DNA of 64,000 nt from contig NMRA01000680.1 in NCBI GenBank assembly GCA_002633005.1, positions 145,095 through 209,094 of the forward strand. The letters are read 5' to 3'. Source of the DNA: Phoronis australis. Its lineage: Eukaryota; Animalia; Phoronida. The stretch's first letter is position 1, and the number at the start of each line of letters is the position of its first letter. Under the pieces are notes generated by a model that searched no databases, had not been told where the DNA came from, and saw nothing but the letters and a program-made list of their open reading frames with translations. Of the stretch, positions 61,719 through 64,000 are shown piece by piece. The position numbers and the translations under genes were made by a program.

Positions 61719-64000
61719 CTACAAAATGAGCATAGCGGTGATAATTCTTAGTTTGTTAGTTGTGTATTGACATTCCCTCGAAGCAAGGCAGCGCAGACGT
61801 TTGGAAGATCAAAAAAACATCTAAGACTACACGTACACAGTAAAGTATAAGTTGACCATATATTATTGGTTCATGTGTTTAATTTTTAATCATTGTCCCA
61901 AAAACTGCGAAGCCCATGACCATCGACATAACCTGGTTGTTGACCCAGGTGGTATTCAGATACCGCTAACTTTGTCCGGCACGTAATTTTACAGTTTAGG
62001 CATGATTTTGCGCAACAGATTATACGTTCCAAATTTCCCCCAAAGTGCTGTGCATGAATTGGAATTCATCATGATCAGATATTCAGATTTTTAAAGTGGA
62101 CTTGGCTACTCAGGAGAGCATGGTCATTCGAAAATTTTAAAACTCACCGACGCTTTTCAGTCGGTTATTTTTTCGTTTTATGACATCCTCAGTTAACATA
62201 TCAGAATATTTATCCATCAGTGAATTTTTCGAAACGGGAAATTAAGCCGTGCGCCCATACAGGGCGACACAATAACAAAACCAGTCTGTGTGTTTTGAAT
62301 GTAAAAGGCACATTATGCGTGAATTCGCGATTCAAATATTCTGCTGGTGGTGATTAAAATGAGTTTGTGAAAGAAGGAAACTAGAGATGACAAAATGATG
62401 TCAACGTACCAAACCCACACATTTATTTTAGACTCCGGCGTAAAAACTATTTACTGTACGTACAATGGTTACTCATAGCTATTGTGTATGTCTGACACCC
62501 CCACGCCGCTCCCACACGCACAGGACAATTAAAACACCAGACATTGTCAAATATCGGTTCGGCTATATAATATTTATTCCCGGGGTTAATTAAAAATATT
62601 TCCTCACGCTGTTGCTCCTTATTTTTGCGGCCACCAGAGGTGGAGGTTGACCTGCCCCCTAAATCTGCTTATGGGTCATCTAATTGGAATTAAAACTGAA
62701 CGAACATCTAATCCAGTTGTGTCGATTGTCATTTGTTGTTAACTGGTAGAAGCGTTTGGGTTTGTTACGCCGTTTTGTTACTTTACTGTACTAGCTTGAG
62801 CGATGAAAACGGGGGTTGGCTACCACGTTATGTTGAACATGCTGGTCATTTTTTACAAAAAGAGTATGATTAAATTGTTTTTAAGGCAAATCAATGCATA
62901 CAATTGTTTTTGATTACTGAAAATTCGAAAGAAAAAATCAAAGCAAGAATTTGAACCATCTGACAGCCATGTTTCTGTCCGCTCAGGATGGTTACTAATG
63001 GCTAAAGTCGTACGAAAGTCATGTTTGAATTGTGTAACAAACTGCGACAAATAGGCTGATGCATTGCTTTGAGACCTTCTGCAGGATCACTCTAACAAGC
63101 GGTGATTTATTTTCACCGCCCCGCAAGACCAGCTTACCTCCCTGCTTCAGGAATTTTGAAAGTATATGTACTGTTTTTGTTTACTATGCAAAATTGTAAT
63201 GGCGGCTTCCCGTAATATCCGCCATATTTCATGGTTATAGCGAAATTTTTTGTCTACACCAATGTGGTCAAGTTAGTTGGTATTTCACGTATAACCCGTT
63301 AGCCGCCCGCTGTTAGTTTTAAGGGCACCCTGTTCATATTTTCGCTGGTAGTACGGAACTTATTTTGCTGTCTTCACTTGGTTCTTTTTCCAAGAATATG
63401 TCTTGGGGTGTCGGGTACAGCAGATTGCCTTTGTCATCCTACAGGACTTCGAACGATGCATGGCTCTAGATGGGTTTATTAATTTCTTTGGCACCTTAAG
63501 ATGTTTTCACCGTTGTTGTCATTCTACCATTTTGTAGGTCGTTCCCTTTTGCGAAATATAAATTTCTTAACTGTCACATGCAGGACAGCAGTGGCGATAA
63601 GTTTCCGGTCTGGGGATGATTCACGGATCCGGAAAATTTAGTTGTAAGCCGGCACTTTGTGGATATTTTCATTCAACGTTTCTTTCGGAAAAATGCTTTT
63701 ACGTGCCCTTACAAAGTAATTGAATCGACATTTATGTCAAGGCGCTCATGTCACTAGTGACAATCGGATGAAAGCGCAGAGATGAGTGTAAATAACCCCA
63801 AAATATCGTACTTTTCCACAGAATGATGGTAATCCACCCAGTGACTACATTGCAAGCCAGTTCACAATCACCGTCTTTACTTATAAATGTGTCTGAGTTT
63901 TCCTGTAACATGTGGATAGAGAAGTATTTTTGACAGGACTCAATACTCACATTTTGTTCGTGAAAATGACCTTGACATTGGAAGAGCTCTGGATAACCGG

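Noticed and set aside
62148-63950. Further upstream exons of the giant gene (donor-like sites near 62148 and 63138)
   Set aside because: I could not find open frames with acceptors that give the phase 2 needed to join 61718
1-64000. Prokaryotic systems (CRISPR array, operons, defence islands)
   Set aside because: The sequence is spliced eukaryotic DNA; no direct repeat-spacer array or gene-dense operon is visible

Overview
Eukaryotic, AT-rich, intron- and repeat-rich genomic DNA, most likely from a marine invertebrate (inference from intron style and repeat types). Two genes lie tail-to-tail. At the left are the last two coding exons (+) of an RDH11-14/WWOX-type short-chain dehydrogenase. 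The rest is one giant minus-strand gene of roughly 50 exons, running from >=61718 down to 3505. I traced it by hand through GT-AG sites with matching intron phases, giving about 14 kb of CDS (~4,600+ aa); the N-terminus lies outside the window or was not resolved. Its inferred architecture, N to C, is: lipid-transfer (vitellogenin/MTP/apolipophorin-like) helical region with furin-type sites; amphipathic helical region; degenerate M23/LECT2-like fold; strongly cationic segment; SAP-like motif; PAN/apple domain; ~18 FN3-like repeats with an embedded GH16-like domain lacking the catalytic motif; ZP-like module; TM helix; Tyr-containing tail. Introns hold MITEs, LINE and SINE relics, a Helentron-associated element with 8 co-oriented CTCF-like motifs, a long hairpin and a candidate 9-nt microexon. 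All domain calls are by-eye motif recognition, not database searches.
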